A program made the translations under genes and the position numbers. 64,000 nucleotides of DNA from Yuukianura sp. NJ FZ-2021. Its lineage: Eukaryota. Under the pieces are notes generated by a model, which was given only the letters and a program-made list of their open reading frames with translations, did no database searches and was not told the origin of the DNA. The stretch is taken from the NCBI GenBank assembly GCA_046563655.1, contig CM102287.1, positions 8,928,001 to 8,992,000 of the forward strand. Reading direction: 5' to 3'. Of the stretch, positions 28,248 through 42,675 are shown in pieces. The first letter of the stretch is position 1, and each line of letters starts with the position of its first letter.

Positions 28248-30896
28248 ATGGCTTTCCAGGGGTCGTCCGGTTCGGGAAACAGTTCACGCTCCCTGGAACA
28301 TGATAGTGGCGACAATGAAAACAGTGGTGGGATTCACATCAGTCCAAGTAGTAGCAGTGGAACCGGAAGTGGCGGTGATGTGATGTCCAGTGACCCTGTT
28401 CTTCCAGATCCTGACTTTAATAGTACCAATACGGATGCTGAAGAAGATGCTGTCGAACCAGGGCCTGTTGTAGTTAATGAGTCAGCCGAAGTTGATGTGA
28501 ACGCCAACGACGAACAATTGATTGAGGTTGATGACCTTGTTCCACGTCCCGACGAGTACCCAGAAGGCGTAGTTCGTTTTCCAGGGTTGTTTCCTGTTAT
28601 GAACCAAGGTCCCGACTTTAGTGATGAAAGCGACGATGATGGAGATCCCAATGAAAACGTTCAAAATGACGTTTACAATGATGAGGATGTTTGGAACCCA
28701 GAATCAGTTGGAACAAATTCGACAGACAGCTTGTCAAGTGAGTCCAAGTTAATAATCTAAAAAACTGAACAGTTATTGAACTTGTACAAATCAACACTCG
28801 ACTGAAGAAGTTGTAGTAAATTGAACCATCGTCAAAGTTGCCATGTCCTTGGCCCATGCAGTTTAGTTACACAAAGTGTTAAAACGGAATAAATATTTTG
28901 TAAGTATAAAATGAAAAAACATTTTTTCATTTTGATTCAATCAGTTTTTCTAATTCCACTTTTCTTGTTTGTTTTCTTGGTGCCACGTTTCTCGCTTACA
29001 AGTTACAAGAACTGCATGGGTGATGGATCGTATACTACGACTGGGTTCAATTGCTTGGCTTATTAGAAAGTTCCGACGTCGTCGACGTCTTCCCCTACCT
29101 CCGGCAGTAGAACGTATAACTTCATACTATACGTTTCCAAAACGTTTTAAGTAAATGTTGATTAATTTTAATCCTATTGTTCATCTTTGCAGGGGAAAAT
29201 GATTCTGGAGAAGAGGAAGAACCACCGGCAGAATTCGATCCAGAGTTACCAGCACGTCATATCGTGAGTTGAACGTAGCAATGCTATTTCACGCTTTCGT
29301 TAACTATGTTCATCAACTTCATCAATTGATTGTGCTGTTTCAGTATTTGGGAGAAGCTATGGAAGAACTGGAAGGCCGAGTTGTCTTGGAAGAAGAGTCA
29401 GTCATGGAAATCCCAATTGTTGTGATGAACTTTCACTTGATCCCTGGACAAACCTTGCCAATGACCGTATTTCATGCCGTTTTTCAAAACGCCATCCGCC
29501 GCTGCATTTTGAACGAAAGAATCTTCGGTGTTGTCAACAGTGGACTGGAATCTACTGCCTGGGATGGTCGCATAGTAGTGAGTAAAAATGCACTGGGAAC
29601 GGTTGCTGAAATTTATGAATTTCAAGAAGAGACTGATGTTCCTGCAAATCAAAATCCATTTGACCCTGACCCTATAATGGGCTCAAACTTTGCTCTCAAA
29701 GCCAAAGGAAGACAACGTTTCAATGTTCTGGAAGTGAGACGACAAGCTGATGGAAATCTAATGGCAAAAGTTAGAATTCGACCCGAAATACAACTGTCTC
29801 CTCCCATGACCCAACTCCTATCGAATGATCGTGTCAGATATCAATTTCCCATGCTCAGCTCCATTTCTGCTTCTAGTTCTTCTGTCATCGTTGAACAAGA
29901 AGATGAAGCTATTGCCATGGCTGGTTCTGGAGATGCATCAACTCAAATCGTTAGTGTTCACTAAACTTGTAACATTTTCCAAAAAAAAAATTAATTTTTT
30001 CTTTGTAGGTTCCAGACCATAAGCCACTGGAATCCCTGATTTCAGAAATCAATATCAGGAGACCACTAAGGAGATACTACGCAGCTCTAACACCGTGGCC
30101 AGCCTTTGTTTATGAAAATTACGATGAAAAAATTTTGGTTGAAAAAATTCACCGGAAGTTGCATAACGAACTGCGTGGACTCACTGAATCCCATTCCAGT
30201 GTTCCACTGGATCCAATTGAACTCAGTTTTTGGCTTGCCCAAAACTTAACTATGGACGATACCATTCGACTTCAAATTCTTCAAATGGATTCCTGTATCC
30301 AAAGACTCCGATTTGAATTAAGCCTTCTCCAGAACGTGGTAAACTTCGAAATTTTTAGCAAAAGAAGTTTAGTTTCTAATTGATTGAAATTTTAGTCTCA
30401 AGTAATAAGCTGCCGACGATGCATGAGCACCATTGGAGACCATGCAGATATTTTTGCCATGTCAAGTGAAGGTCCCCAGGGAACTTATGTCAATCCAAAT
30501 GGACATATTCATGAGACTCTGACTGTTCATGAAGTCAGGGAAATTGTTACGCGTGGATTTCCATCAACAGTAGCATCTTGGTTTCAGGGGTAACTTCTAA
30601 TTGTTATGTGAGTTAAGTTGATTACTTCTTAAATCTTATTGTTTTTTAGTTATTCTTGGACAATTGCCGAGTGTCGACGATGTCGCCAACATCTTGGTTG
30701 GAAGTTCAAGGCCACGGGAAGGTTGAAACCCAAAAAATTTTGGGGACTGGCTAGAAAATCCATAACATTCAAATACGATTTTTCACCGGATGGTTTGGGG
30801 GATAGACGAAATGCGTCTGATGGGCGATCCTCGAGTTCTAGTTCCTTTAGCACCACCATCACAGCACCAGTTCTTCCACCGTCACAACAATTTTAA
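28248..30896 (+). CDS. CRBN: Cereblon (LON N-terminal domain plus CULT thalidomide-binding domain)
   Basis: Acidic N-terminus; LIPGQTLPM, GTVAEIYE, KAKGRQRF, SFWLAQNL (LON domain); SCRRC, [38 protein letters not shown], FWGL (CULT); 6 coding exons. Confidence 0.93.
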
Positions 30897-32256
30897 GTAA
30901 AAGACACAAGCCTCTTCGCTTATATGAAACTGAATCTGATTCAGTTAGAACCACCGCTGCGCTTCAAATACTCTTGGCAAGATCCGAAGTCTTCAAGGAG
31001 AAACGGAAATGCGGGCTGTGTATTACCGTACGTACATCGCATGTCGGGTTATGGGAAGCAATTTTGAAAAAAAAAGTTGCGATGAAATGTTAAAATTGAC
31101 ATAAGGACACTTACGTTGTGGAAAAATGTGATTCTGAGAGAGTTGAAACTTGAAAAGTAATTTCGAGTGTGTAAGTGTGTTGAAAAGGACGCTAAAAGGA
31201 AACGGTTTAGAAGAGCGAGAGTAGAATTTTAATTTTCGTTTCGCAAGTAGAGTAACCAGAAAAATATTGAAGTGACATGCTCCAAGTCTGAGTAATTGAA
31301 AAAGTTAGAAATTTTAAAAAACTGTTCAAATTTAATCAATTTCAAAATTTCATCTGTTTACCATTGAGAGGCCAAATACTCTTATTAGTTTTTCTGCATT
31401 ATTGTCAATACTACATAGAAATTCCAAATCCATAGATCTTTTAGGAAACTCAAACTTTTTTTTTAATTCTCGGTTTTTGGTGCCGTTTTAAGTTACTAAA
31501 TTTCGAATTCGTTGCGAATGAAACCTGATAAAATTACCATTTTTCGTTTTACCAAAAAATGAAAAGAGTAAAGTGTTATGTACAATCCCGTGGGATTTTG
31601 GAGCTATGAAAACCATATGGAAGAAGAAAGTGTGAGAAACTAGAGATGTTTTACACTCTCTTTTTTTCGTTTTCGGTTTCATTTTATGGTAAAGTAGGCC
31701 TTCCGTTTTTTAAATTCGAAAGTTTTTGTGCGCTAACGCAAAGGCGCTGGAGCTGTTGGATCCAGTTTCATAGGAAGTAGCAGCAGCAGCACAACCTTCT
31801 CAAAATTCTGCTGTTGAAGGTTTTTGTTAGGTTTTGGTGGGTTGTTGGTCGTAGTCGAGTGAAAAGTAAGAGAAAGTATCGATCTTCTTTCTCTGAAGTC
31901 GCTTTGTGGAGAGACGAAGATCAGTTTCATGTCAAGGAACTTCGGAGAGAGACAAATACCCGGATTCAGCGTCTTCCTTCTCTAATGAATCAAAAGTAAA
32001 TCCCCGAATTCGGAAATTTTAAATTTTCTTGTTTGCTCTTCCCAATCCCGATGTTTCCCAGCATCACAAAGATCTTTGTGACTCTGAAGTTTTTTGTTTT
32101 CCTTGGCAGTCTTGTTCCATAGCCAGTTGGATCTACTCATCACTGTCTAAAAAAGTCAGTTTTTTAAATTTTTTGAAATTTTGAAATGTTCGTTTTTGAA
32201 AGTGGGCGTGAGTTAGAAATTTTGGAAATGTTTGTAACTGACTAGACTATGGCAAA

Positions 32257-35200
32257 ATGTTGCTCATCGTTTGGTTCTGGAGCAGTTTTGTAACATGGAC
32301 GTTCTTGGCTGAAGCTTCTAGAGCTCAAGTGATTGTTGATTACTGGAATGTCACAGGTTGGTAACTTTTTATGAAATTTTTACAAGTTTTTGAAAATTTT
32401 CCAAATTTTTCATTAATTGTTTTCAGATGAAGTGACCACTTTACCTACAACTTCGTTCTGGGCGAAGATCAAAGGTCGGAGGTCACTCGTTCGTGCTTTA
32501 TCGGACTCGCTTTTGTCCAATTCCGTCGCTCCGGATGAGGCTGAAGAGCTCAGAGGTTACAAAATGCAAATTTTGAAATTGAATTTTTTTTTCAAAATTT
32601 GATTTCCATTTTTGATTCTTTCTAGAGTGTGACAGAGTATTTACTTCTACTGGAGGAGTAGTAAATGGAACGTTTGCGTCTCCAAATGTCGAAGGCGCTT
32701 CAGTTCAGTGCGTTTTTACTTTCGTGCCTCGAGCGGGTGAAAGAGTTCAAATCACATTCACGGCATTCAACGTCCGTGGAATCCCTCCAGAGCAAGTTTT
32801 TTTTTTTCAAATTCAATCAAATTCCAATTTCGTTTTTATTTTTTATTTTATTTTTTTTTTCGAAATTGAGCTTTCTCTGTTCTAGATGTGCTCACGAATG
32901 GGTAGATATGTACACAGAAGTAGATGGAAGCGACGTGAGCGAATTGATTTCAACTCCATTTGCCGGGAGATATTGCGGTAAACCGTTGTTTCCGAAATTG
33001 CAAGTTTTCAAAATTTTGAATCAAATCAAAATCAAAAATTGAAATTTTACAGGTATGATTCCACCGCGGACGAGGATATCCCTGTACGGTGGAATCGCAA
33101 TTGGATTTTACTCGGACAAGAACATGAGTGCTGAAGAGGGAGACACTGTTCGCTTTCAGGGAACTTACACATTTATTAAAGAAGGTAATATTTATAATGT
33201 ATAATATAATATATTAATGTATAATTATTAGCTTATGTTATTTTTTGTAGATCGCTATGTCGTGGGTACTCCAGTTCCAAGGACGCTTTGTAGCTTTACA
33301 ATTTTGGGCACTTCGAAACGTAGTGGCGAGTTGCTGTCTCCGACGTACCCTGGCGTGTATCCAAAGGACCTGTCTTGCTCATACAAATTTGTTGGTACGC
33401 CAGGACAACGAATCCGAATTGAATTTAGAGATTTCGACGTCTTTGCGGGAGGAGCTCAGTAAGATTTGCCAAAAACTTAGTACAATTTTCAAGTAGATTC
33501 AAAAAATTGGTGTTTTTAGTTGCCCTTTTGATGATGTCAAAGTGTATGATGGACTGAACGCATCAGCTCCAATCATAGGAACTTACTGTGGACAGTACAG
33601 GTAGAAAACAAAATTTTGAACTCGATTTTAGAAAATTTTGATTTTTGTAAAAACAAAATTTCAGAAATTTGTTTCTCTACTCATCGCAACATCTTCTGCT
33701 TCTCAATTTTACTACAAATGAACGAGCACTGGAAACACAAAATCGGGGATTCTTTGCAGTTTGGGAATTTTCGGAAAGCTTTGTCAAATTAGGTACAGAA
33801 ACAGCTTCAATTACACTTTTTTGTTCTTTTTTCAAAATTTTTGCTTGTACTAATTACATTTTGGAGTTCAGATTTCATCACGAAGAACGCTGGAGAGCAC
33901 GTTCGTGGAACCGAATGCGATCAGCGAATTCTGAGTCAAGGGAAAGGAACATCAAACAGGTTCAAAACTTTTTCTAACAAAAAAAAAGAAACTTTTCAAT
34001 TGAAAAAACGTTTGTGATGTTCGTGTTTTTTTTTAGTTCTGGATCTGTCTACTCTCCAAACTATCCTTTTCCCTATCTTCCCAAAATCTACTGTCGGTAC
34101 TTCATCTACGGAGTTCAAGATCCACAGAATTTGGAACGAGTTAGAATTAGTTTTGACAAGTTTGATGTTCCCTCAACATCGCATAGTGAAGAAGAACAAT
34201 CATCATCATCTCATGCTTCGGAAAACAAGCCAAATAAGTTCGTTTTTTTGAAAACTTTTGTTTTGAAAAGTTTGCCAAATCGAAAAGAAAAAGTTTTGAT
34301 GTGAAAAGTTTTTGAAATTGTTTTCTTTTCCTAAGGTGCGGTGACGGCTACTTGAAAATTTATGTTAAAGGACAAGAAGTGACACAAGCATTTGACAAGC
34401 ACGACTACGAATTTTGTGGGAAAGAGTTGCCACATGAAGTGGCTTCAGATGGACCACGCGTGGTACTCATTTTTAGCAGTGGAGAGACACAAGGTTCTGG
34501 ATTCAAAGCGAAATACTCATTCGAAACAGGTAAATGATGCAAAGATGGAGCAAATTAATCAATTAATGAGTGTAATTAATTAGTCGAACTTTACAGAGTA
34601 CAGGGTACCTGGAACGCCTGCGCCGGATGGATCATGTAGATTTTCATACTCATCTGGATCTTCAAAACGCGGAGAATTCAATTCGCCGCGATTCCCTTCC
34701 AACTATCCATCAGACCTTAACTGTGTCTATGTCTTCCATGCTGAGCCTACTGAACAAGTTCGAGTTGTCTTTGATCACTTCAAAGTCAGATTGGACAATA
34801 GTAATCACACTGGGTAACAAAACATTCCTCAATCTGAAGCACGCCAGTTTGCAGAATGAATTTATCCAAGTGGTATTACTCCGAATGAATTACTGCGAAA
34901 AGATTTACTCCGAAAGTCGAATTACTCCGAACGACAACTTACTCCAAACTGTTATTTTAGAATAAAATTTACTCAGGTTATGTCAGAAATCATAAATTTT
35001 GTGTTGGGTTAGGCTAAATGTCATTAAGAAATTAAGGTTTTATATAGCTCGAAATTCGTAATAGTTAGATTTGCTGTGCTCAGGTTTTCGCAGTACAGTT
35101 GTCTTTGGGGGTAATTCGAGAATTCGACTATGGGAGTACGACGTTTTGAAGTATTTCGTTCGAAAGAATAAACTTCGGAGAAATTCGTTCGACTAAATGA

Positions 35201-36614
35201 CAGAACCGATAAATACCAACTAACCTAATCCTATTTTATTAATTTCTGGACAGAGGCGCCTATGGACAAGAAGTATGTCACCAAGATTGGGTCGAAGTTT
35301 ACAACGTTTTTAAAGGCAGACCAGACCGCCTTGTGGGACGCTACTGTCATCTCTCTGCGCCAGGCCCAATAGAGTCTCACGAAGAAGCAGAAGCTGTCAA
35401 AATTTTACTTCACACTGATTCAGAAGTAAGAAAACCCCTATTTTTTCCCATTAGTTGCCTAACTTTTTGGTGCTTTTTCCAAAATTTTGATTTTGAAACG
35501 AATAGGGTGTCCTAAGCGGGTTCAAAGCAAGATACATTTTCTTCACAGCAACTTCCATTTTTGGCGGTACGCACAAAAGATTTCCTTACAAAATTTAAAA
35601 AATTGTCAAAATTTGTTATTATTTTTCTGTTTTGTGGATTGTTTAGAATGTGGAATGAATTTTTCATCAAAATCGAGTGGATTGATAACGTCTCCTGGTT
35701 GGCCAGGGAAGTACGAAGGGCCTCGGAATCGCGAAGGAAGCAATCGCTGCAACTGGTTTCTGGCAGTACGGCCAGGGCATAGAGTACTTCTACATTTCAG
35801 TAAATTCTCAATTGAAGGAGATCCAGCTAGTAAGTAGCACAAAACTTCAAAACAAATTAAAAACATAACTTTACCATTCCAAAAACTTGTGTGATAAAGG
35901 AAACTTTTCTTTATTGATTTTTAGCACGAGGATGTCCGTCTGCTGCTGTCCGAATTTGGGAAGATCCAGACGGCCTTCCAACTGAACTCTGCGGAGAAAA
36001 CACACCCACTGCTCCACAGATGCAATTTATCTCTCAGCGAAATCTTATGAGAGTCACGTAAGATGCAACCGCTAAGTTCTAACTTTTTTATAACATTTTT
36101 ATAGCAAAAAATTTGAAATTTTTAGATTTATTACTGCTGACAAAGCCGTTGGAAACGAAGGGTTTTATGCAATATGGACAGAAATCCAGGAACGTCCTTC
36201 GCTAACTTCTGCCTGTCAACCTGGTTACATCAAATGTGACCAAAATCCGTTTTGTATTACAGACAAACTTCGGTGTGACGGAACCAATAACTGCGGTTTA
36301 TCCAATGGGAATCTGGACTCTACAGATGAAGATGCATGTAAAAACTTTCTTTTCAAAACTTTCTCATTTTTTTCTTCTCAAAACTCTATGAATAATATTT
36401 TGTGATGTTCTGTGTAGGTGGAATCGAGTCAGAGATCAATTTGGTTCTGGTGATTGGCCTCTGTGGGGCTTGTAGCACATTTTGTCTTCTTTCGCTTTGT
36501 GCTTGGAGTCATCGCAAAAGACGAAAACGAAGACGCCGAATGCAACTGCGCCGACCACCAATTCATGTCTGTGACAACGCTGGAGCTAGATTTGCTGCAA
36601 TGGACAACGTTTAG
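32257..36614 (+). CDS. SOL-1-like (suppressor of lurcher) type I membrane protein: signal peptide, 4 CUB domains, LDLa module, TM helix
   Basis: MLLIVWFWSSFVTWTFLAEASRA; repeated CUB motifs (SPTYPGVYP, SPNYPFPY, SPRFPSNYP, TSPGWPGKY, GRYC); LDLa-like C...CITDKLRCDGTNNCG...DE; TM LVLVIGLCGACSTFCLLSLCAW followed by RKRRKRRRR; ~15 exons. CUB count read by eye and may be five. Confidence 0.8.
34850..35200. repeat. Degenerate foldback-like repeat in an intron of the CUB gene
   Basis: Several ttactccga-like units at 34877-34950 and inverted-type units (ttcggag, gggagta) at 35105-35185. Confidence 0.4.
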
Positions 36615-36997
36615 ATGACCACCGCCATGGACATTAACGTTTTAAGCCACACGCGGGCTCTAGAATCTCCTGTTTTTCAGCTAAGTTTCTGTTTGTTAAA
36701 GATTTGATTTAAATTAAGCTGCAATTCGGTTCGCTACTTCTTAGAAATCAAAAGACAATCAAAAATCCAATGCACTTTTGTAAATAAAAAATAAGATTTG
36801 GGCAAACTGCGTGCGTCATCAGCGTTTATATTGCACTCTTATGCGGAAATGTATTTTGAGAATATTTCTAATATTTCTAAAGAGGGCACGGAATTGGTTC
36901 AACAACAATTGGTTCAAATTAAAAGGTTCAAAATTAATTGGTTCAAAACCAATTTCTGCTAACGGTATATTTTATTGTTGCTAATAGAATAATATAC

Positions 36998-38368
36998 TTA
37001 TTTCTTAAGTTTTGGAAGATGATTTTTTGCCAAATTGAACACCTTGTCGTAGGTCAACTGCTCTTTGCCCATATTTCCGAACCAAATTTCCTTGCTTTCT
37101 TCGGTCATAATTTTGTCCGCGTCTTCCGGCATTGTTTCCAAATCTGGTATGGCACCAGCCTGAGCCGACAAAATTGGCGCCAACATGAAACCAGTTGCAA
37201 GGCCATACAGGCGGTAAGCATCATACTCCTCATACAGTTGTTCCAAGCTTAACGCAGGGTCAAAGTATCCAAGTTTTTTCGTGAAACTGCTGAAAGCATC
37301 GTAGTACTCTGCTAGCAACTCCTTCTCATGATTGTTCAAAATTGCCTTCTGTGGTGAAGTGTACATAAAGTAGCCAATATCTAAACATCGACTACCTACA
37401 CGACACAACTGGAAGTCAACAAATTTGAGGTCAACTGGTTTCTGCTGACTGTCATATTTGAATAGAAAGTTGTTTGTCCAAGTATCTGAATGTCCAATGA
37501 CAGCAAACTTTGTCCATCCGCACGTCAGTCGATGCATTTCTGGCCAAAATGTATCGTCAAACATATTTTGAAGCTTATCGGCGATTTCGGAGTTTTCAGG
37601 ACTCTTGTCACGAACCATTTGAGCTTCGCGCGTAAAAGTTTCACGGAGCCATTCTCGCGTCATCTCGGGCGTTTCGAGTTTGAACAATTTTTCGCCCAAG
37701 AAGGGATACGCAGTCATCATTCGGTCAAAGTCTCCTTGAAATTGGGCAAACGAAATGGCGTGGTATTTGGCCAAGGCGCGAAGTACGAATTTCGAATCCT
37801 CCAACCCAAGGCCTTCCCGCCTACAAGCCATTCCAAATCTGAAATTTCAAAAAAAAAAAAATTGAAAAAAGAAATTGAAATCGAAGAATTTACGCGTTTA
37901 CTTGAGTGGTCGAAGATCTTGGAGAGCAATGTAGTCGTCAATTCCAGTTTCAGAAGTGCGTGCAGCATACAATTCTGCCCACGGCGTGAAAATTTCGTCG
38001 TCACTTAATCCGCGATCTTTTTGAAATTCCTTCATACTCGGCAAAACCTCTTGGTACATTTTACTTTCTTTGGAGAACGCTTGAGCATCAACGATCATTG
38101 CAACGCGGGCAGCATTTTTTGGCATAGTTTTGACCATTGCTTGAATTCGTTTTGTGACTTCTTTGTTCTTCTTCGACTTCAAGTCAATTCCAACAGCGTA
38201 CATGATTGACATGAAATTGTCACCGAGTTGCGTACCCAGTTTGGCCTCATAGTTTACAATTTCCCAATCTTCATCTTCTCCCCTTGTAATTTCGGCTACA
38301 ATGTCAGGCGTTATGACCTCTTCTGGTTTAAGCTTAATGTCGTCTACAGCTGCATTCTGTTCTGCCAT
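36998..38368 (-). CDS. Ecdysteroid kinase-like (EcKL / CHK / DUF227) small-molecule kinase, 2 exons
   Basis: GDNFMS, VKTMP, FSKESKMY, LAKYHA, HSDTWTNNFLF (Brenner-type motif), VDFQ, DIGYF; exons 38368-37902 and 37838-36998. Confidence 0.9.
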
Positions 38369-39463
38369 TTTTAAATTTCAGTGCAGGAAAACTTTTCACA
38401 AAATCTTCAAACTTTGAATTTCAAAACTTTCACGACTCAAATTAAAGACTTCCTTGAACCTCTTGCAAGGACGCACTGATTTTAGATGACTCAAATGTTG
38501 AAGACCAGATTACGCTTTGTTAGTTTTAGTATAGCACTTCGCTTTATCACAAAAACACTTCAAGAGACAATGGGAACTTTGAACAATTCATAGTACAATT
38601 GGTGATAAGCGGCCACTTTTATTCAATAATAAAGTTTTCCTTGGATACGAATTGAACTTTTGAAGCATTCTGCAACCTCACGTGGAAATTACTCTGAACC
38701 AAGCTGTCACATGCACTTACACGTATTTGTAACACGTATTTTGCAAGTCATATGAATTTACTTGACTGTGCCAATTTGAGTTCAAGTGAATATGAACTGT
38801 CCACTGATTTCACCGTAAGTTAACTTTGTAGTTGGTGCGCATTTTTCAAAAGGATAGAGATGAATACAACGATCATAATTGAGGCAATTTATGAGATTTG
38901 AATAGAAACGACCTTGGACGAACGTAGAGTACACATAAAGTGGAAGTTGTTAAGCATTTCGTACAATGACGCACTCCTAATGAAACTAAATTTCTCGACT
39001 TTACTCAAATTGTTCACGCTGAATTTCATCTATGTTATTATCAACTTGTTTTTTTTACTTCATAAAAAACAATGAATCATTGCCAATTTGTTTTTTAAGG
39101 CTCGTGTTGATAGTTTTCCTGAAAAAAAAGTTATGAGCATCAAAAACCGAAGCAAACGTTTCAAGGTTGATTGTGCTTGGGCATACAGATACAAAAATAA
39201 GAAAAAAAATTTATGATTTGACAACATTCGTTATAAACTTGAATACATTTTTGAATTGGGTCAAGATTGTGGAGAATTAGAACTTATTTTTATTGTTAAG
39301 CTAGGTCCGAAGGTGAAGTTTTTGACAGGTAAATTTAGATTTGGTTCAAAAATTCTCCATTTTTGTGTTGATAAAGATCAATTTTGATCTCAGAGCAAAT
39401 TAGTTTTGTTTAACGAAAGCTTGAAAAATCAAACAGAATTTGAATTTAATTTTTGTTTTAAAA

Positions 39464-40100
39464 ATGTCTAAGACTCTGCTTCTCCTGGGCGTGACCTTTG
39501 CTTTTACTTTTCTGTTTCTCTGTAATGCTTTTCCAGTAGAAGAAGAGGAAGACAGTGAAGATATTGATGACAGTGAAGATGAGACTCCAGCACCACAACA
39601 GAATCAGCGTAGCAAATTAGCGGAAGTGATTGCTGCTGGACCACGAAAGACTAAAAGAAGGCGAAATCCACGTCCGCAGCCCCAACCACGCCCATCTCCA
39701 CCGTCGTCGCATATGTCTGGTGGTTCTGGCCACACGGCACAACCAGTTGAACCAATTCCAAGTAAAAACTTTCTCTTTTGAACAATTTCAAAACACTTTC
39801 TCCTAGATTAGGTTTTGCACTTTTTTCATCCTACAAACTCACTTGAACTATAATTTGTTAGATATTTGTAAAGAGAAGGAAGTAAGCCACAACTGTCGGA
39901 CATTTACATGCGGCGAGCCTTGTGACCAAGATCGATCGACGGAACTGGCTGACGTTCCTTGCACAACAGCTTCTGGACGCCAGGCTAGACAGATAAGATG
40001 CTGCAAATGTCACCCGCAAGGACCAACAGTCATCAATATTTACAACAATTCCATTCAACAATGTGGTGCCAATGGTTGTACATTTGGAGAAGATCCATAA
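39464..40100 (+). CDS. Small secreted protein: signal peptide, acidic then Pro/Arg-rich segment, 10-Cys C-terminal domain
   Basis: MSKTLLLLGVTFAFTFLFLCNA; exons 39464-39761 and 39862-40100; AATAAA shortly downstream. Confidence 0.7.
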
Positions 40101-40872
40101 ATTCAACAATGAATTGACATGAAAGAACTTTCACTGAGAGTTCATGTATCGTACTACTATGTACATCCAAATAAACAATGAAAATAAAAGTCAAATTATA
40201 TAAAATACATATCAATCAAAAAATCTGGTGTATGGGAATGTTGTTACATAACACTTATTTTATTACACATCTCTTCTCTACTATTTGCTAACAAATACAA
40301 AATATTTTTTAGTATTATTTCATAAAGGTATGCAAAAAATTGCCCAAACAGGGCATGGGCACCTAGATGGACGTAGCTGTTAGTCGAATCTTTTTTGTGT
40401 TTTTACTTTTAAGTGTCAAGGTCATTGAACGAGGGGAGAGGTAAAAGGTTTTTGCAAAGTCAAAGTTAGAAATACAACTGTAAAATTTAAAATATGTAGT
40501 GTTAGTTTAATTATTATAATAGTTTAAAAACTTCAATCGTTCTAATGTTAAGTTTTCTGTTCCTTCTCTTTCCAAAATGGACTGATCAAAATTTTCAGAG
40601 CTCAAAAATGAAATGTAAGAAAAAGTTAAATTTGAGGTGTACTTAAGTTCACTTTTCTTTGAAATAAATTTAATTACTACAAATCTATATTGGAAATTTT
40701 AATCTCCGAAGGTATTGATGTTAATAGTTGATTTGTTTGAATTTTTTAGGAGATGTAACCCGATAAGGACCCGCTGATGAAGCGAAACTATTTCCGAATG
40801 ATGAAGTGAAACAATTTTTTTTAAATTAGAGTTTTAAAAAGTGTATAAATCACCCTGGAGGGTCGATACTGC

Positions 40873-42281
40873 ATGTTTCCTAATTCCAATATGCTGAATC
40901 AATCAGCAGTTGATGCCCTGTATTCTGCTACTTACTTGGAAGACTACTTGGATTCCGTTGAAAGTCTGCCAGATGATCTGCAACGTCATGTAACCCGACT
41001 CAAGGAAATTGATCTAGTCATGCAGAGTAATTTTTAAAAAAAATTTTTGAGTTGAATAAGTCAATTTCTATAAGAAAATTTTTTTTTGAACTTTTATAGG
41101 TTATTTCCGAGAGATATCTGGCAGTATGAAGCGATTACTGCAGTTGATGAAGAAAGTAAATGGAAATCCGAGTGAAATTTCACGTCTCCAATCTAGAATT
41201 CAGACGTTGCTAATCAGTTGTCAGGAGCTTGGAGATGAAAAAATTCATGTTGGACAAGCAATTCATGAAGCAATTGAAAGCAAGACTAGACAACTGGAGT
41301 TGGATAAAAAGAATCTCGGTAAAAGTCACATCCAACATTACAAACAAAAATTTTTTTTGCAGTATTGGATGTAACAAATGCTGAGTATTTTTTTATAGAA
41401 TCAGTGTACCGTGCGACGCCTTCAGCAGCAGATTCAAAGGAATCTACTGGACAAGTTCAACAAAAAGATGAACGCAAAAGAGTTCGGAGAATTCGACAAG
41501 AAACTTTTATTCCATCAATTCTTGGGCCGTAAGTCGAGAAATCTTGAATTGTCAAAAATTTTTTGCATTTCATTGATTGTAACGTTTTCAGTGCAACTCT
41601 TACACCTACTCTGTACAATGCTGACGGAAAGTGTGCCCAACCTACCGTAGTTGATCCTACTCCACCAGTTACCGCAAAACAAACATCATCAACTTCATCA
41701 TTTCACAAAAATTATCAAATTGATGAACAAAAACACACTCAGATTCAGTCTACTCCAGCCACCAATTCAGCTTCACAAACTGGTAGTGGTTTGGCTAAAG
41801 ACAAAACGAAGGATTCTGCATCTTTAGCATCAAGTTCCTCATCGACTCCGAAAAAGTCCGAGAAACGGGCACTAGAAGCCAATCAGACACAAATGAAACG
41901 ACCAAGACGGCGCCGGCGCAGTTCTACCAAGGCTCCTGAAAATCCGGTTCCACTTTTACCGATGGATCCAGATGAACCAACGTATTGTCTCTGTGACCAG
42001 GTAACTAAAATTTCCGGAATTTTTCCAAAAAGTTTTCAAAATTTTCTGAATTTTGAAATTTGATTCGTTTGTAGGTGTCTTATGGAGAGATGATTGGGTG
42101 TGACAACGATTTATGTCCGATAGAATGGTTTCATTTTTCATGCGTAAGCCTGTCAACCAAACCAAAAGGAAAATGGTTCTGTCCGAAGTGTCGCGGTGAC
42201 CGACCAAATCAAATGAAACCCAAGAATATTTTTCTCAAGGAACTGGAAAGTTACAACAAAGAAAAAGAAGAGAAGAACTAA
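40873..42281 (+). CDS. ING1: Inhibitor of growth protein, ING1/ING2-like PHD finger
   Basis: [19 protein letters not shown]-terminal domain, QELGDEKI, basic [39 protein letters not shown]...KGKWFCPKC; 5 exons; start at 40873 or 40891. Confidence 0.93.
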
Positions 42282-42675
42282 AGTTAAACTTAACTAACAT
42301 AAGAATCTCCATTTTTTCCACTTTACTTTTATGTTTTACACTTTCAATTTGAGCACAAATCAAGACAAAATGAAAAACGAACAATTTTCAAAATATACAC
42401 AAACTCTTAGCTTTTAAACCCTGTGAACAAATCTACAAATCATGAATAATGTTTTTAGTTACGTACTTTCAGTATTACTGTTGTTGCATGCCTATTTTAA
42501 TTAACTTTTGATGTTGTTATTAAACACGCTTAAAAACATTGAAAAAATGTCCAGTGGGTAGGAAATTTTTGCAAAAAGGGGCGGAGCTTAGGAAACAGAA
42601 ATGCGGTATGCTATGAATAATATATTATAAATATATAAATTACATTTTATACGAACATATTTATTTAAATATTTA

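Noticed and set aside
40416..40431. tcaaggtcattgaac, nuclear-receptor / ecdysone-response-like site upstream of ING
   Set aside because: Single imperfect match; AGGTCA half-sites occur widely in the window
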